Shown here piece after piece: positions 27,338 through 40,400 of a DNA stretch of 64,000 nt. Below the pieces are notes generated by a model. It made no database searches, was not told where the DNA came from, and was given only the letters and a program-made list of their open reading frames with translations. A program made the position numbers and the translations under genes. Source of the DNA: Anthoceros angustus. Taxonomy: Eukaryota > Plantae > Anthocerotophyta. How positions within the stretch are numbered: the first letter of the stretch is position 1; the number at the start of each line of letters is the position of its first letter. Where the stretch lies: positions 3,125,478-3,189,477 of the forward strand of contig MU008158.1 of NCBI GenBank assembly GCA_010909165.1, written 5' to 3'.

Positions 27338-27767
27338 GTGCAGTGTTGAATTGAACTGAATTTCAGGGCGAGTTGAACTTCCCGCCGACATAGGGTTGGA
27401 GTTTAGTAGGTAGGTTGGTTACTTCAGGTGCGTGTTTTCACCTACAGAACCGGTCCCACAGTACCGTTGGAACCGGTTGTTAAGGTTTTCGGACAGCCCG
27501 GCCCCAGCGTAACCTTCCCTTCCCGCTTCCTGCTGCCGCTGCCGCTGCCGCCGCTCTTCCGCTTCCGCGGCCTCCGATTGCGGCTTTTTCTCGTGCGACA
27601 AGGCAGCAGCCAGCATCTCCTTCGTCTGCATTGCCGCCCCAGGCTCGTTCTTGGTATCGGCGCCGGATTGCATTGCGGCTTCTTCAATTGCCCTTGCGCC
27701 GCTGCTTGCGGCTTCTGGCCAGCTCTCTTGACTGCTCCTTCTTTGGCCAGACGCCACACTTCTGGCA

Positions 27768-30247
27768 ATGGCGGCCGCTGCTGTGAGCGATGGACCTCCG
27801 GAGGGTGCGGTTGAGACCTTCGCCTTCCAGGCGGAAATTAACCAACTTCTGTCGCTTATCATCAACACCTTCTACAGCAACAAGGAAATCTTTTTGAGAG
27901 AGCTGATCAGCAACGCCTCCGACGTAAGCGGGCACCTCTACTTCTCGCTTTTGTTTCCTTCCTGCAATGCCTGCGCCTGCTGTTCCATGTCTGTTTCCTT
28001 TGGTTCACCTTAGGTTCTGCATTGTGACAGGCTCTGGATAAAATTCGATTTGAGAGCCTTACGGACAAAGGCAAGTTGGAGTCTCAGCCGGAGTTCTTCA
28101 TCCACCTCATTCCGGACAAGACTAATGGCACGCTCACCATCATTGACAGTGGAATTGGAATGTGCAAAGCCGGTAGGACCGCCGTCTCCTTCAGTTTCCG
28201 GCCAGCTCTGTTCTACTACTTGCCGTAACTCTAACCATGGAGTTTGTGCCTGCTTTTCCTTGGCAGACCTTGTGGCCAATCTGGGAACTATCGCACGGTC
28301 CGGGACCAAGGAATTCATGGAGGCTTTGGCCGCCGGCGCCGACGTCAGCATGATCGGTCAATTTGGTGTGGGCTTTTACTCTGCTTACCTTGTGGCTGAG
28401 AAGGTCATTGTTACGAGCAAGCACAACGACGATGAACAGTACATTTGGGAGTCTCACGCTGGAGGCTCTTTCACCGTAACGAAGGACACGGCTGGGGAGG
28501 TTCTTGGAAGAGGAACCAAGATAACACTGCATCTTAAAGAAGATCAGGTGAATAGCCTTGACACTCGACATTCGCTTTACTCCTCTAGCTGAGAAGCAGG
28601 AATTTGCAGGCTTGTGTGCTTCGGTCGCTGCTAACATGATTTGTCTGTTTGAAGCTGGAATATCTGGAAGAACGTCGGTTGAAAGACTTGGTCAAGAAGC
28701 ATTCCGAGTTCATCAGCTACCCTATCTCCCTGTGGGTGGAGAAGACCACCGAAAAGGAAATTTCAGATGATGAGGTAGAGGAGGAAAAGAAAGAGGACGA
28801 AAAGAAGGAGGAGGAAAAGAAAGAAGAGGAAGGCAAGGTTGAAGATGTTGACGAAGACAAGGACCAGGAGCAAGAGAAGAAGAAAACGAAGAAAGTGACG
28901 GAAGTGTCACATGAGTGGAACCTGGTAAACAAGCAGAAGCCTATCTGGATGAGGAAACCTGAGGACATCACTAAGGAGGAGTACGGAGCGTTTTACAAGA
29001 GCCTGACCAATGACTGGGACGATCATCTTGCGGTGAAGCACTTCTCGGTTGAAGGGCAGCTCGAGTTCAAGGCAGTGCTTTTTGTGCCAAAGAGAGCGCC
29101 ATTTGATCTATTTGACAGCCGGAAGAAACTGAACAATATCAAGCTGTACGTCCGCCGAGTGTTCATTATGGACAACTGTGAGGATATCATTCCAGAGTTC
29201 TTAGCTTTCGTCAAGGGCGTGGTGGACTCCGAAGATCTTCCTTTGAATATCAGTCGAGAGATGCTGCAGCAGAACAAGATTTTAAAGGTTATTAGGAAGA
29301 ACCTTGTGAAAAAATGTCTCGAAATGTTCTTCGAGATTGCTGAGAACAAGGAGGACTACGACAAATTCTACGAATCTTATTCCAAGAACTTGAAGCTGGG
29401 TATTCACGAGGACAGCCAGAACAGAGCTAAGTTATCTGATTTGCTGCGATATCACTCCACCAAGAGCGGGGAGGACATGACCAGCCTGAAAGATTATGTC
29501 ACTAGGATGAAGGAAGGACAAAACGAGATCTATTATATTACTGGAGAGAGCAAGAAGGCTGTCGAGAACTCTCCCTTTATCGAAAGGCTGAAGAAAAAGG
29601 GTTACGAAGTGCTGTTTATGGTGGATGCCATCGATGAGTATGCTGTGGGGCAGCTCAAAGAATACGACGGTAAGAAGCTCGTGTCTGCCACAAAAGAGGG
29701 CCTCAAGCTGGATGAGACTGACGAAGAGAAGAAAGCCAAGGAGGAGAAGAAGGCCCAGTTTGAGATCTTATGCAAGACAATGAAAGATATTTTGGGTGAC
29801 AAAGTCGAGAAAGTTGTGGTGTCAGATCGTATTGTGGACTCTCCTTGCTGCCTGGTTACCGGAGAATATGGGTGGACCGCTAATATGGAACGGATTATGA
29901 AAGCCCAGGCCTTGAGGGACAATGGCATGTCTGGCTACATGTCCAGCAAGAAGACAATGGAGATCAATCCTGGCAACTCCATCATGGAAGAACTGCGGAA
30001 ACGCGCTGATGCTGACAAAAACGACAAGTCTGTCAAGGATCTTGTGCTGCTGCTGTTCGAGACAGCTCTCTTGACATCTGGGTTCAGCTTGGATGAACCT
30101 AACACTTTTGGCGGACGGATTCACCGCATGCTCAAGCTTGGGCTCAGCATCGACGAGGAGTCCTTTGGGGGGGATGCCGATGGGGACATGCCCGCTTTGG
30201 AGGACGATGCGGATGCCGAAGGCAGCAAGATGGAGGAAGTCGACTAG
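27768..30247 (+). CDS. HSP90: Cytosolic heat shock protein 90 (exons 27768-27923, 28031-28172, 28267-28547, 28655-30247)
   Basis: [71 protein letters not shown] and C-terminal MEEVD. Confidence 0.98.
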
Positions 30248-31191
30248 ATGACGTGACTGGTGGAAATTGTCCATTTTGTAGCTTGCTACCGGTAGTGGTG
30301 ACTGCTGGTGTGAGGGGTTGGGTGTGTCCTCCTTAGGTGAGCAGTGGATGGTGGATTAAACACCTATACGGGAGAGTTTAGGTTTTGTTTCCGCGTTGAG
30401 ATCGCAACTGTGCCTCAGAACTCATTTACCATCATATTTATTCCGAATGCGGAAGATGCATTTCACTGATTTCCATCCAGAGAACAGTTCCGGAGGGGTT
30501 TCACTGGCTTTTAACCGTTCAGGGGTTAAAATACATACATCCAAGCAGCTATGCAATATGTGGTTATATAACATAAATTTTAGTAGGTATTAAATACTTG
30601 GTAAAATAATAGTATTATTATATATTATTAAAAGCAGTAAGTTCATTATTGAAGGACAAGAGATGGGGTTAAGAGTAACTAAGATTCAATAGAGTTCCAT
30701 AGGGGTTTAGAATCACCTATACGATGTCACAATAAGAAGATTGAATGGCCTACATACTACGTATTGCAGTTGTCGAGAATGCATCTTAGCAGTAGTTGAT
30801 GTCCGTAATATAGCCTTTGCAAGTGCCCTTTGGAGTGCAATGGATACCTTATGCACAAAGAATGTTGAGAAATAGGAGAGAGGTAGCCCGCTCTAAGTCT
30901 CCTTGCATGTATGCTTTGTCGCATGATTTGATAAATTTATCGAAGTCCTTAGCCAACACTCTATAAGTCTCGAAGGCAAGGGGATGAAGAGATGCCCTGT
31001 TTGCATTCCTCTATACTTCTTGACTTGGTTTGCATTCTCCTATACTTTTGACGCCACCATGATGGTTCAACCTATATATAGAGCATATGTACTATTAAGA
31101 AGCTTTGTGGGGCTTTAGGATTTAGGATATGTCATCAAGACTCGATCGCCTGGACAAGGTACAAGTCAGCCTTGAGTGTTCGACCTATACC

Positions 31192-31782
31192 CTATACGTA
31201 GAGCATATGTACTATTACGAAGCGTTGTGGTGCAATATGGTTGCGTAAGTTGATAAATTAGCTACTTTGTACATTTTAAAAACAGTAGGAGTGGTCTCGG
31301 AATGTCCTTTTGTATGTGTTCAAAAGGTGTTTAAGTCTCAAATGCTAGTTCGTATCTCTTTGAACTTCATTTTTGTTTATATCGTGTATCTATTGATGGG
31401 GTAAACCAATTGTTTTTGCCTAGGGGGAATTCAAGTGTACAATCATATGACAATATCTAACCTTTGTAGTTTGTTTCCATCTTGCGCTTATACGTAGAGC
31501 ATATGTACTATTACGAAGCGTTGTGGTGCAATATGGTTGCATAAGTAGATAAATTAGCTACTTTGTACATTTTAAAAACAGTAGGAGTGGTTTCGGAATG
31601 TCGTTTTGTATGTGTTCAATAGGTGTTTAAGTCTCAAATGCTAGTTCGTATCTCTTTGAACTTCATTTTTGTTTATATCGTGTATCTCTTGATGGGGTAA
31701 ACCAATTGCTTTTGCCTACAGGAGAATTCAGGTGTACAGCCATATGACAATATCTAGCCTTTGTAGTTTATTTCCATCTTGC
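31192..31782. repeat. Tandem duplication, ~297 bp x2 (partial third copy at ~31075)
   Basis: TATACGTAGAGCATATGTACTATTACGAAGCG ... TTTCCATCTTGCG is present twice. Confidence 0.9.
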
Positions 31783-32329
31783 GAGAGAGTTCTGGTATTA
31801 AAAATATTGAATATTAACCCCAGAATGCTCAGCCCACTCAAATCGAGTATTTTGACCCATGTTCTTTCATATCATATACAATTTTTGAATGACACTAGTT
31901 CATGATAAGACTTTCCTTTGTACCAAATTTTATTCTCTACATTAAAAATATATATTGAAAACTTTTGACCAATATATCCGGTTGAGACGTGAAAGGATCT
32001 TTTGAAAAACTCACAAACTTCTCAAGAAATGGGAGCTATTACTACTTAGACAATGTGAATGAGAAGATAGTTTAACGGCAGGGAGTATGCTTCACGAGGC
32101 TTGGGCTCAATTGCACACATGAACAAAAGAGGACATAGTGTAAGGGAACTTGGAAGGTTGCCTATAGTTATCAAGGGGCTTCTAGCCTGGGTATGCAACA
32201 GCTTTGGTGAGCAGCACCAGTTCACAATATAGTGGTCCGCATTAGTATCTCAACATGGGTAGAAGTTGGTCTTTATGTCTGTAGCAGGAATTAGCACACC
32301 GAAAATAAATGACCGGATTCCGTATCACG

Positions 32330-32900
32330 ATATGACTAGGAGTTGGTGTAAGGTGAGCGTTCTCAAAACTCTAAATACTAAGTAGGAAAATGGGAAGGAG
32401 GGCAAGCTTCCAAGCCTGCCCGTCAACAAGCCATTGTCATCACACTTTGCACAATAGAAACTGTTAGAGGCTGAAGGGCAACTGCCATGTCTTTGAGAAA
32501 GCCTCTCATTACAAAATTCGAGCAGGGCTTTATAGGTCTTAGCTTGCTCAGAAATATTCTCAAACATCATTAAGTTTCGGCGGTTGCACACTCTGCAATG
32601 TTATAGGGTGACACACATCTACACATTTTATATTGCATACACACCTAGCTATGGACCCACTCCTGGAAAGTGTGAGACCTGACTTAAAGGCGTTTCTCTA
32701 AGCTTCTTCTAACAGTGGCATGCCTCGGTAGCTGCCTGGTGCCAATCCCCCTAGTGAGGTCACATAGACACTCAAGAGATTTACAGCAAGGACTGTCAAG
32801 GACTACCCACAAAGAACGGAGAAATGCCCTCAGACTCCTACACACACACACACACACACATACAGCCCTAGGGTTGGGCGCACATAGATTGCATGTACAG
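32330..32900 (-). mobile_element. Degenerate repeat, possibly the 3' end of a non-LTR (L1-like) ORF2; a related fragment lies at ~35800-36000
   Basis: 32385-32545 aligns by eye with 35822-35985 (GAAAATGGGAA.G.GGCA.GCTTC..AGCCTGC.CGT). The minus translation CNRRNLMMFEN resembles the post-zf-RVT RN..F motif. Includes a (CA)n tract at ~32840-32860. Confidence 0.3.
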
Positions 32901-33839
32901 TTACCACCTACGGCATACCTTGCTGAGAGTTTCCTCCTTCACAAGAGAGCTTTCTTACAAGGCAACCATCTAATTGTCTGTGTACAGGAGTGGGGAACAT
33001 AGGCTTGCTCTAACTAGAGCTTACATGACATCACAGGTTGCCCAAAATCTAGTTTGGGATCGAAGGGAGGAGGTGCCTCCCTTGCTGATCCAGAAGATGA
33101 AGAAGCTTCTTCGTGAGAGGAGTTGGGGAGGATTGCTGCAACTCTTGCTGTGGATAAGGGCCGGGAGAGACTAGGAACAAGTCTTCTTCATCAAATTGAA
33201 GGCTGTTTTTCAGGGAGCTTTGCTGTACAACGGCCTAGTATTGTACATGTACGTATAGGGATGGGAGGAGTTGTGTTAGAATCTTGGGGCAGCAGGATTG
33301 CGTTTGAGATCTGTTCATTCTACGAGCAAATAAGCAGCACCTTACAAGGAGGTGCAGAATCTAAGTTTAAGAGATGTGTCTACACCACCTTCCACTTGGG
33401 CTCAACAGATGCCTTAAGGCCTATGGGAGCAACCAATAGCGAGGAAACAAGTGATGCCTACAGACCCTTACAAGATTTTATCAAAAACAAAGAAACTTTT
33501 GGAAGTTGTGCTTGGGATAATAAATAGCCAGTAATTTCTTGGAGGCGTAGATTCTTATTTTCAGCTATGCCGTTTTGCTGAGGAGTGTGTACAATAGTGA
33601 GTTACGGAGCTATGCCTTCAGCTCGACAAAAATCAGCAAATTTATGTGATGTAAACTCTCCACCGTTGTTGGAACGTAAAGTCTTGAGTTTTTTATCTGC
33701 TAATCTCTCTTTACCTACACTACTAGGAAACGGGCCCTTTTACTACTGGCAGATTTGTAGAGAGAAGAGAGAGTCCGGGGTCCATTCGTTTTACTACATA
33801 TGTTTAGGGACCACGGACTATTTTATAGTATAGCCCATG

Positions 33840-34245
33840 CCTTTACAACATGACCTACAGGATTTTACTACGAGCCGTATTTCGAAGCGGGGGTTTCTGA
33901 TGATGTGGCACACACCTTGGGCGTTTACTACGGGGCATGGCGAGTGTTACTACAGTCCTGTAATTACATAGGGGTGTATTACAACGATGCGTGACAATAC
34001 AACGCTGGTTGGTGGTTTTACAACGATACCCATTACAACTCATTTGGTCACATTACAACGGAGCCGGGTTTACTACGACACGTGCTGGTTTACAATGGTA
34101 GGTTTAACAACGCCAGAATATGGACATTACAACAAGAACGGGTTTACAATGCGAGCCCACGGTTTACAACACCGTAGTTTATAGGGACAACGACTTTACA
34201 ACGATTCGCGAGACTTAACAATCTGACCATGATGTATTTACAGGC
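33840..34245 (+). repeat. Array of ~18 same-orientation TTAC(A/T)AC heptamers with unique spacers (15-22-bp period); candidate transposon subterminal region
   Basis: Motif at 33843, 33865, 33925, 33947, 33979, 34018, 34033, 34053, 34070, 34090, 34127, 34144, 34164 and 34196, plus degenerate copies. Confidence 0.8.
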
Positions 34246-36023
34246 ATATTCAATGGGGTTAGGTTTAGATGTCGCCAATTCATATTGGAGGGTTTCAGGG
34301 CAAGGGTTTCCACAACACGGCGGTTTAATGACAAAATATATGTAGGGGGTAGATTTTAACCTCCGGCCCATACACGCCAACATACGGCTCATGTTCGACC
34401 ATTAAAAAACAAAACATGGCATCATACCACATGCAAACCCCTACCTAAACCCGTTGTCTATGTCCATGGGCACATACGGCACTAATGCTCTACACGAATC
34501 CGAAGGCGGTGCGGTCCTCGCTTGCGGCGTTGTGAATGCCATCGTCCTTCACACGCTCTATCCCGGTCTCTTCGATGCCCAAGGCTTTTCCAGTTCGGCC
34601 AGGAGAAGCTGGTAGGCCTTGAAATCCACCACCTCCCATGGGCCAGCCTCACCCTCGGACACACTTGTCCGCCTTTCAAACATCTCCACCTCCGTCTTCA
34701 CACGCTCAAGCTTATCGCGGTGCTTGTGGATCAGAGCCATCAGGCGCCATAGAAAGTGCGAGAGGGAGCCCATGTCGATGAGGGCTGTAAATTCATGCTG
34801 GTCGTTCTCGTAATGTGGAGGTATCCAGGATGTTGGCCCCAATTCGTGAGCCATGGTCCTCCTGTTAATCGCAACCCGACCCTACACATTACAAGCCAAA
34901 ACGAATTTAAGCTGTGGTGGCCGCAACAAGTGACAACAAAGTGGCAACAAGCAAACTCCCAAACTCAGACCTGGGCAGCCAATTGGGAGCACAGTGCCCG
35001 AGAAGACATGCCCGAAATTCCACACCTCTGAAGCCAGGAACCTGAAATCGCGCAAGAGAGACAGTGAATGCTGGGAAAAGAGGGGGTCGATGCATCCTTC
35101 TTATGGGAAACGGTTTACCATTGGGATAGCGCCACGTGTCCGAGAACTCCGAGCGTGACAACAAGTTCCGGCCATGGCGTGCTCAAAGTCATGTGCAATT
35201 GGAGCAGAAGGCATCGCGCATGCAAGAGGACACACTCGAGTGGTCAAGCGGTGTGTTGTGTGGTCAAAGAAAATCACAAGGAGTGGATATACCCGGTCAG
35301 GATACGGAGATTCCTTGGCCTTTGGGATCGTGTTAGCAAGTTTGATTAATTTCTCTTGTAAATTTGTTTTAATCAAAGTAGATCCAATGAAATTGCACAC
35401 TAATTCAGAAATCTTTTGTATTTCTTCAGCGCGTGAATCCAATTTTTTTTGGAGTCTATGATTGTGATCCTTATATAGTCCTCCAATATCCTTGTTTGCC
35501 AGGATTGATGGAATCCATGGTAGATGAGTAAGGATTGAATGCACAAATTGTGCATCATATAATTGCTAATTTGAGCATGTTGTAATTGCTGCCGAAATTC
35601 GAACCGCCATGAATCATATGTGAAGATTAGATAATCGAGGATAGAAAACACATCAGCTCTACAACAGCTTTTCTCTGAGCAACGAAGTAGCTTGTACAGG
35701 TGGCCAACTTCCAATCAACAGTGGCAGCAAGCACATAACAAAAAACTAGGCAGCTCTCACAGCAAGGAATGGCAGGAACCAAGCTAATGTTAGTCATTAC
35801 GTCTTAGAAAACACAAACTTAATAGAAAATGGGAAAGGGGCAGGCTTCTCGAGCCTGCTCGTTAATAGTGACAATCACATAAATCTGCACAAGTGAAAGA
35901 CAGCTAGGATGCCAAGGGCAGTGCCCTGTACATTAGAAAGCATATTGTTTACAGAATTTGAGGGCTCTCATATAGTCTTCCCAAAGTGCGTTTGGAATCC
36001 ATTAATCACTAGCTTCAGATTCA

Positions 36024-37392
36024 ATGTCCCCACGTATAACAGTGTTCGACTGTGTCGAGAAACGAAATGTCTTTGGATATGCGGGTTATTTGAGAGGACG
36101 AAACTATGTCATGATCATGGATGTCCCCCGAGGTTTTGATATAGGCTCTATGGACAAAAGGATGGACATCACAAGTATGAATATAGTGTTCCAGAGCTTC
36201 CAGGAGAAAACTACATGCGAAGAGTTCCGGATTATCGTTATGCATGGTGTGGAGGAAGCTCATACAGTGAGAGAGTCTATGAGGAAGTGGTGCAGGAAAG
36301 GAGGTATGGTGTCATTTGTATGGGACAAGACAAACATGAGCAATGACAAAGGAGGGTTTGAAACCGTGGAGTACGTGACAGTAGGGTGGTGTCTGAAGGA
36401 CGGGTGTTCCAAGGATAGGGCCACGATGATGCCGAATGCCATGGATGGCATGTTTAACAATGGGAGGACGGTCATAGCATATGACATGGTGGTGGCAGTT
36501 TACCTTTCTAATGACAAGTGGTATGTTCGTACTAAAGGTCACTGGGCCTTATGATGAAGCTCATAAAAACATTTTCAAGGAAGGGACTGGGTGCTTGATG
36601 CATGCTCTGGGAGCGGAACGACCATTTTAGCACCTTGCTTTGTGGGATCGCCACCGACGCTTACAGAGGCGGACTTGAGGTGTGCTATATTCCGCAACGC
36701 ATCCATGGGCACGAGGTCCCGCCATGCAAAGAAGAGCTCACTGAGCCTCATCGGAGGCCCCTCCCGCTTTGGGCGAAGGAAGTATGCATCGGTGAGAAGG
36801 ATGGTTTAAAGGCTGGTGGTTCCCTCAACTGCGAAAAGAATGATGAGAACAATCGAGAGCTTTTAGGCGTGGGACAGCCAGACTTTGAATGCCGCTTTTG
36901 GGAGCACTCTGGGGGGGACGGAGTCAAGGGTGACGAAAGGCAGAGCTCGAAGAAAACGCAGGCCGACGAGGAGGAGATGGAACGACTGCGCAATGTCGCA
37001 GTCGTTATGGATTCAGTATCGGCTCAGGCGCCGGATGAGTCGTAGCGGAGCCCACGTCAGATTTCTCCGATATAGAGTAGGAAGGTTGAAACTTTAGGTC
37101 CCACTTAGGATGCATCAAGTTTTTTTGTTGTGCAATCAGCCAGCCTGTGGTTCGGGACATTGAAGTCCATGGCTTGGATGTTGAAATGGACCTGACAAGG
37201 GGCCGGCCGGCCGGCACCCTAACAGAACAATGAGGTGAAAACTATGTTTATGGCATGTCGTGTGCCACTGTGTGAACTTCTGGATTTCCCCGTTGTTTTC
37301 AATAAAATGTCAGAAGGCGGTTTGAGGCATGCAGAGGTCACCCCAAACGAAGAGGGTTTGTTTATTCACCCCCTTGCAAATTTATCGTGTTC
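36024..37392 (+). pseudogene. Beta-class N4-cytosine/N6-adenine DNA methyltransferase (N6_N4_Mtase-like) followed by a domain paralogous to ORF 56026..56640; disrupted
   Basis: Motif-IV-like VMIMDVPRG (36120) and FVWDK, then across a stop and frameshifts Y*RSLGLMMKLIKTFSR(E)GDWVLDACSGSGTT (~36530-36623), which matches the QKPxxL..LI..S..GD.VLDPFxGSGTT motif X/I. The IV-before-I order defines the beta class. Confidence 0.75.
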
Positions 37393-37444
37393 AAGCCAAC
37401 TTCAGCTGCTAAGTCACCTTCCATCCTAGCAATTTTTTTGGCGT

Positions 37445-40400
37445 CTGTTCAAATACAATTTGATATGTGGTTTTTAGACTCGGGTGCCACCAGTCACATT
37501 TGTTATGATAGGCGTGCTTTTAGTAACTTTGTCCCTTCTTCTGACAACCATCAGTTTGTTTTGTTAGGGGATGATAGTGGTCTCTCCATCAAGGGCTCGG
37601 GTTCTGTCACTATTGAGTTGCCTAATTCAGATCTCATGATACTCACAGGTGTACTCTTTGTCCCTGCAATGACCAAAAATTTGATGTCAGTTCTTAAGCT
37701 TGCTGAGGAGCATTCCTGCAGAATCTGTTTTGACCATTCGGGTTGTTCCATAGCTAGTACACCTGGTAGGGTTGAGATTTTCTCGGGCACACCTTTTAAT
37801 GACTTGTACTTGTTAAATGTCAGAACCCTGTCACAACCCAGCACAGTCCAAGTCAGCCATTCTGCAGCCCTGTCACCTACTCAACTATGGCATTGTCGAC
37901 TTGGGCATGTTAACTTTCAGCGTCTCTCCAAGTTGGTAGACAATTCTGTTTTTCGTGATACCTTGTCGTTTTCCTTTGATCACCACGCCTTTTGTGATTC
38001 TTGTCAAGTTAGTAAGGCAATTTCTCAGCCTTTTCGAGATAAGGACTTGTCAAGGGCACCTTCCCTCCTACATACTGTCCACAGTGATTTATGTGGACCC
38101 ATGTCCACGGCTTCATTTGGAGGTGCTCTTTACTTCTTGACCTTTATTGATGAGTGGAGCCGTTATTGCTCAGTTTATGTACTCCACAGCAAGAGCGACA
38201 CTCTCACCTGTTTCCAAGACTTTGTCACCATGGCACAGAGGCAGACACGCTGTAAGCTCAGAATTCTCAGATCTGATAATGGAGGAGAATATACTAGTAC
38301 TGCTTTTTTGGATTTCTGCTCTTCAGAGGGAGTTGTTTTCCAGTTTACTGTGCCGTATACTCCTGCTCAAAATACCTTTGCTGAACGCAAAAACAGGGCT
38401 TTGCAAGAAGCTACTCTTTCGAGTTTGTCTTTTGCTGGTTTAACTCGTGCCTATTGGGCAGAGGCACTTGTAGCGGCGAACTATGTCCAAAATCGACTCC
38501 CAACCAAGGAGCTTGGCCTCATCACACCCTACGAGAGGTGGACAGGCAAGAAGCCCCGCATCACTCATCTACGCATTTTTGGCAGCCCAGCTTATGCTTT
38601 GGTTCCTTCCCAACTTCGCAGCAAGCTGGATCCTAAGGCTGTAAGACGTATTTTTGTTGGGTATGCTGAAGATGTGAAGGGGTTTAAGCTGTTTGATCCT
38701 AGCACCAGACAAGTGTCTTATTCTCGTAGCGTCATTTTTCATGAGCGAGCTTTGCTACGTAGACATGACAGTTTGCTATCTCCTCCTTCCCTGGCACCAC
38801 CTGCTACGATTTATGGTGTTGATGATGAACCGGATTTTGCCTCTGACCAAGATACTGAAGTTGCCACTTTTGACTTTGATGATGTTCCTGTAGTTTCAAC
38901 CCCATCAGTTTCAGGGGGGCACAACATACCGCCACAGCAGTCACAGAAGCAATCGCAGCAGTTACCTTCATCAGATGAGTTTGTCTTACCTCCTCCTGTT
39001 GCTGAACCTGCTGCTGTTGAACCTGCTGCTGTTGAACGTGTTCCTGTTGTTGAACCTGTTCCTGTTGTTGAACCTGCTGTCGTTGATCCTCCACTCACCC
39101 TAGAGCCTGAACCTGAACCAGCTGTCCTTGTTGATGAACCACCCACTTCTCCTGTTCTTCGTAGGTCCTCTCGTCACAGACCCCCTAGACATGAGTGGTC
39201 TGAACCTCCGTTTGTAGCAGGAGTAGCTTCCAAGCCTCACACTCCCAACTTTAATACCTCTGAGCCAGCAACCTACCTGGAAGCCATCACAGGTCCAGAG
39301 GCTCAGTTTTGGAAGGAGGCTATAGACTCGGAATACAATTCCCTGATGGCGAATGGAACCTGGAAGCTTGTAGATTTGCCCCAAGGACGTAAACCTGTAT
39401 CTTGTAAGTGGGTATTTAAAAAGAAACTTAACACAGATGGCAGCGTTGGTAGATACAAGGCAAGGCTCGTGGCAAAGGGCTATAGCCAAGTTGCAGGCTT
39501 GGACTATAATGTGACGTTCGCACCTGTGGTGAAATCTACTTCAATCAGAATCCTGCTATCTTTGGCTGCCCACTATGGACTACATGTTCATCAGCTTGAT
39601 GTGAAGACAGCCTTCCTCAATGGCTCATTGGACGAGGAGATATACATGACGCAGCCTGAAGGGTATGAGGTGGATATGGAAAAAGTGTGCCTATTGCTCA
39701 AGACTTTATATGGACTCAAACAGTCCAGCAGGGCTTGGAACGAAACATTCCATGCCTTGCTTATAGAGCTAGGTTCATATGTCCGGATGCGGATAGTGTC
39801 TACATTTTGTGGGATGGTGATGACTTCCTAATTTTAACGATTTACGTGATGACAATTTCCTTTTAGTACTTCTACGCATTTGATGGCTCGCATTAAAGGC
39901 TGTGCTCTGTCACGTTTTGATATGGTGACCTTGGTCGGCCAAGTTCTCACTAAATTGTGCTTTGATTTCGGACGCACACGGTGGAGATACCGAGCATTTT
40001 GTGCATCGATTATTCTGACGTTTCAACATGGCAGATGCTCGTCCGATCTCTACACCCGATGTCTACGGGCAAGAAGCCCCGCATCACTCATCTACGCATT
40101 TTGGCAGCCCTTATGCTTTGGTTCCTTCCCAACCGCAAAATTTGGATCCTAAGGCTATAAGGCGTATTTTTATTGGGTATCTTTGAAGATGTGAAGGGGT
40201 TTGCTGTTTGATCCTAGCACCGACAAGTGTCTTATTCTCGTAGCGTCATTTTTCATGAGCGAGCTTTGCTACGTAGACATGACGGTTGCTATCTCCTCCT
40301 TCCCCGGCACCACACTGCACTACGATTTATGGTGTTGATGATGAACCGGATTTTGCCTCGACCAAGATCTTTGAAGTTGCCACTTTTGACTTTGATGATG

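Noticed and set aside
27340-27768. Heat-shock elements upstream of HSP90
   Set aside because: Only scattered GAA/TTC; no convincing nGAAnnTTCnnGAAn array.
28717-30274. Minus-strand ORFs over HSP90 (and similar ones over SIP2, TRM5 and pol)
   Set aside because: Antisense shadows of real coding exons.
33840-34245. CRISPR-like repeat/spacer appearance
   Set aside because: The repeat is only 7 bp, spacers are 8-15 bp, the context is eukaryotic and there are no cas genes.
38995-39130. 15-bp EPAAV/EPVPV repeat in pol
   Set aside because: Ordinary variable linker between copia integrase and RT.
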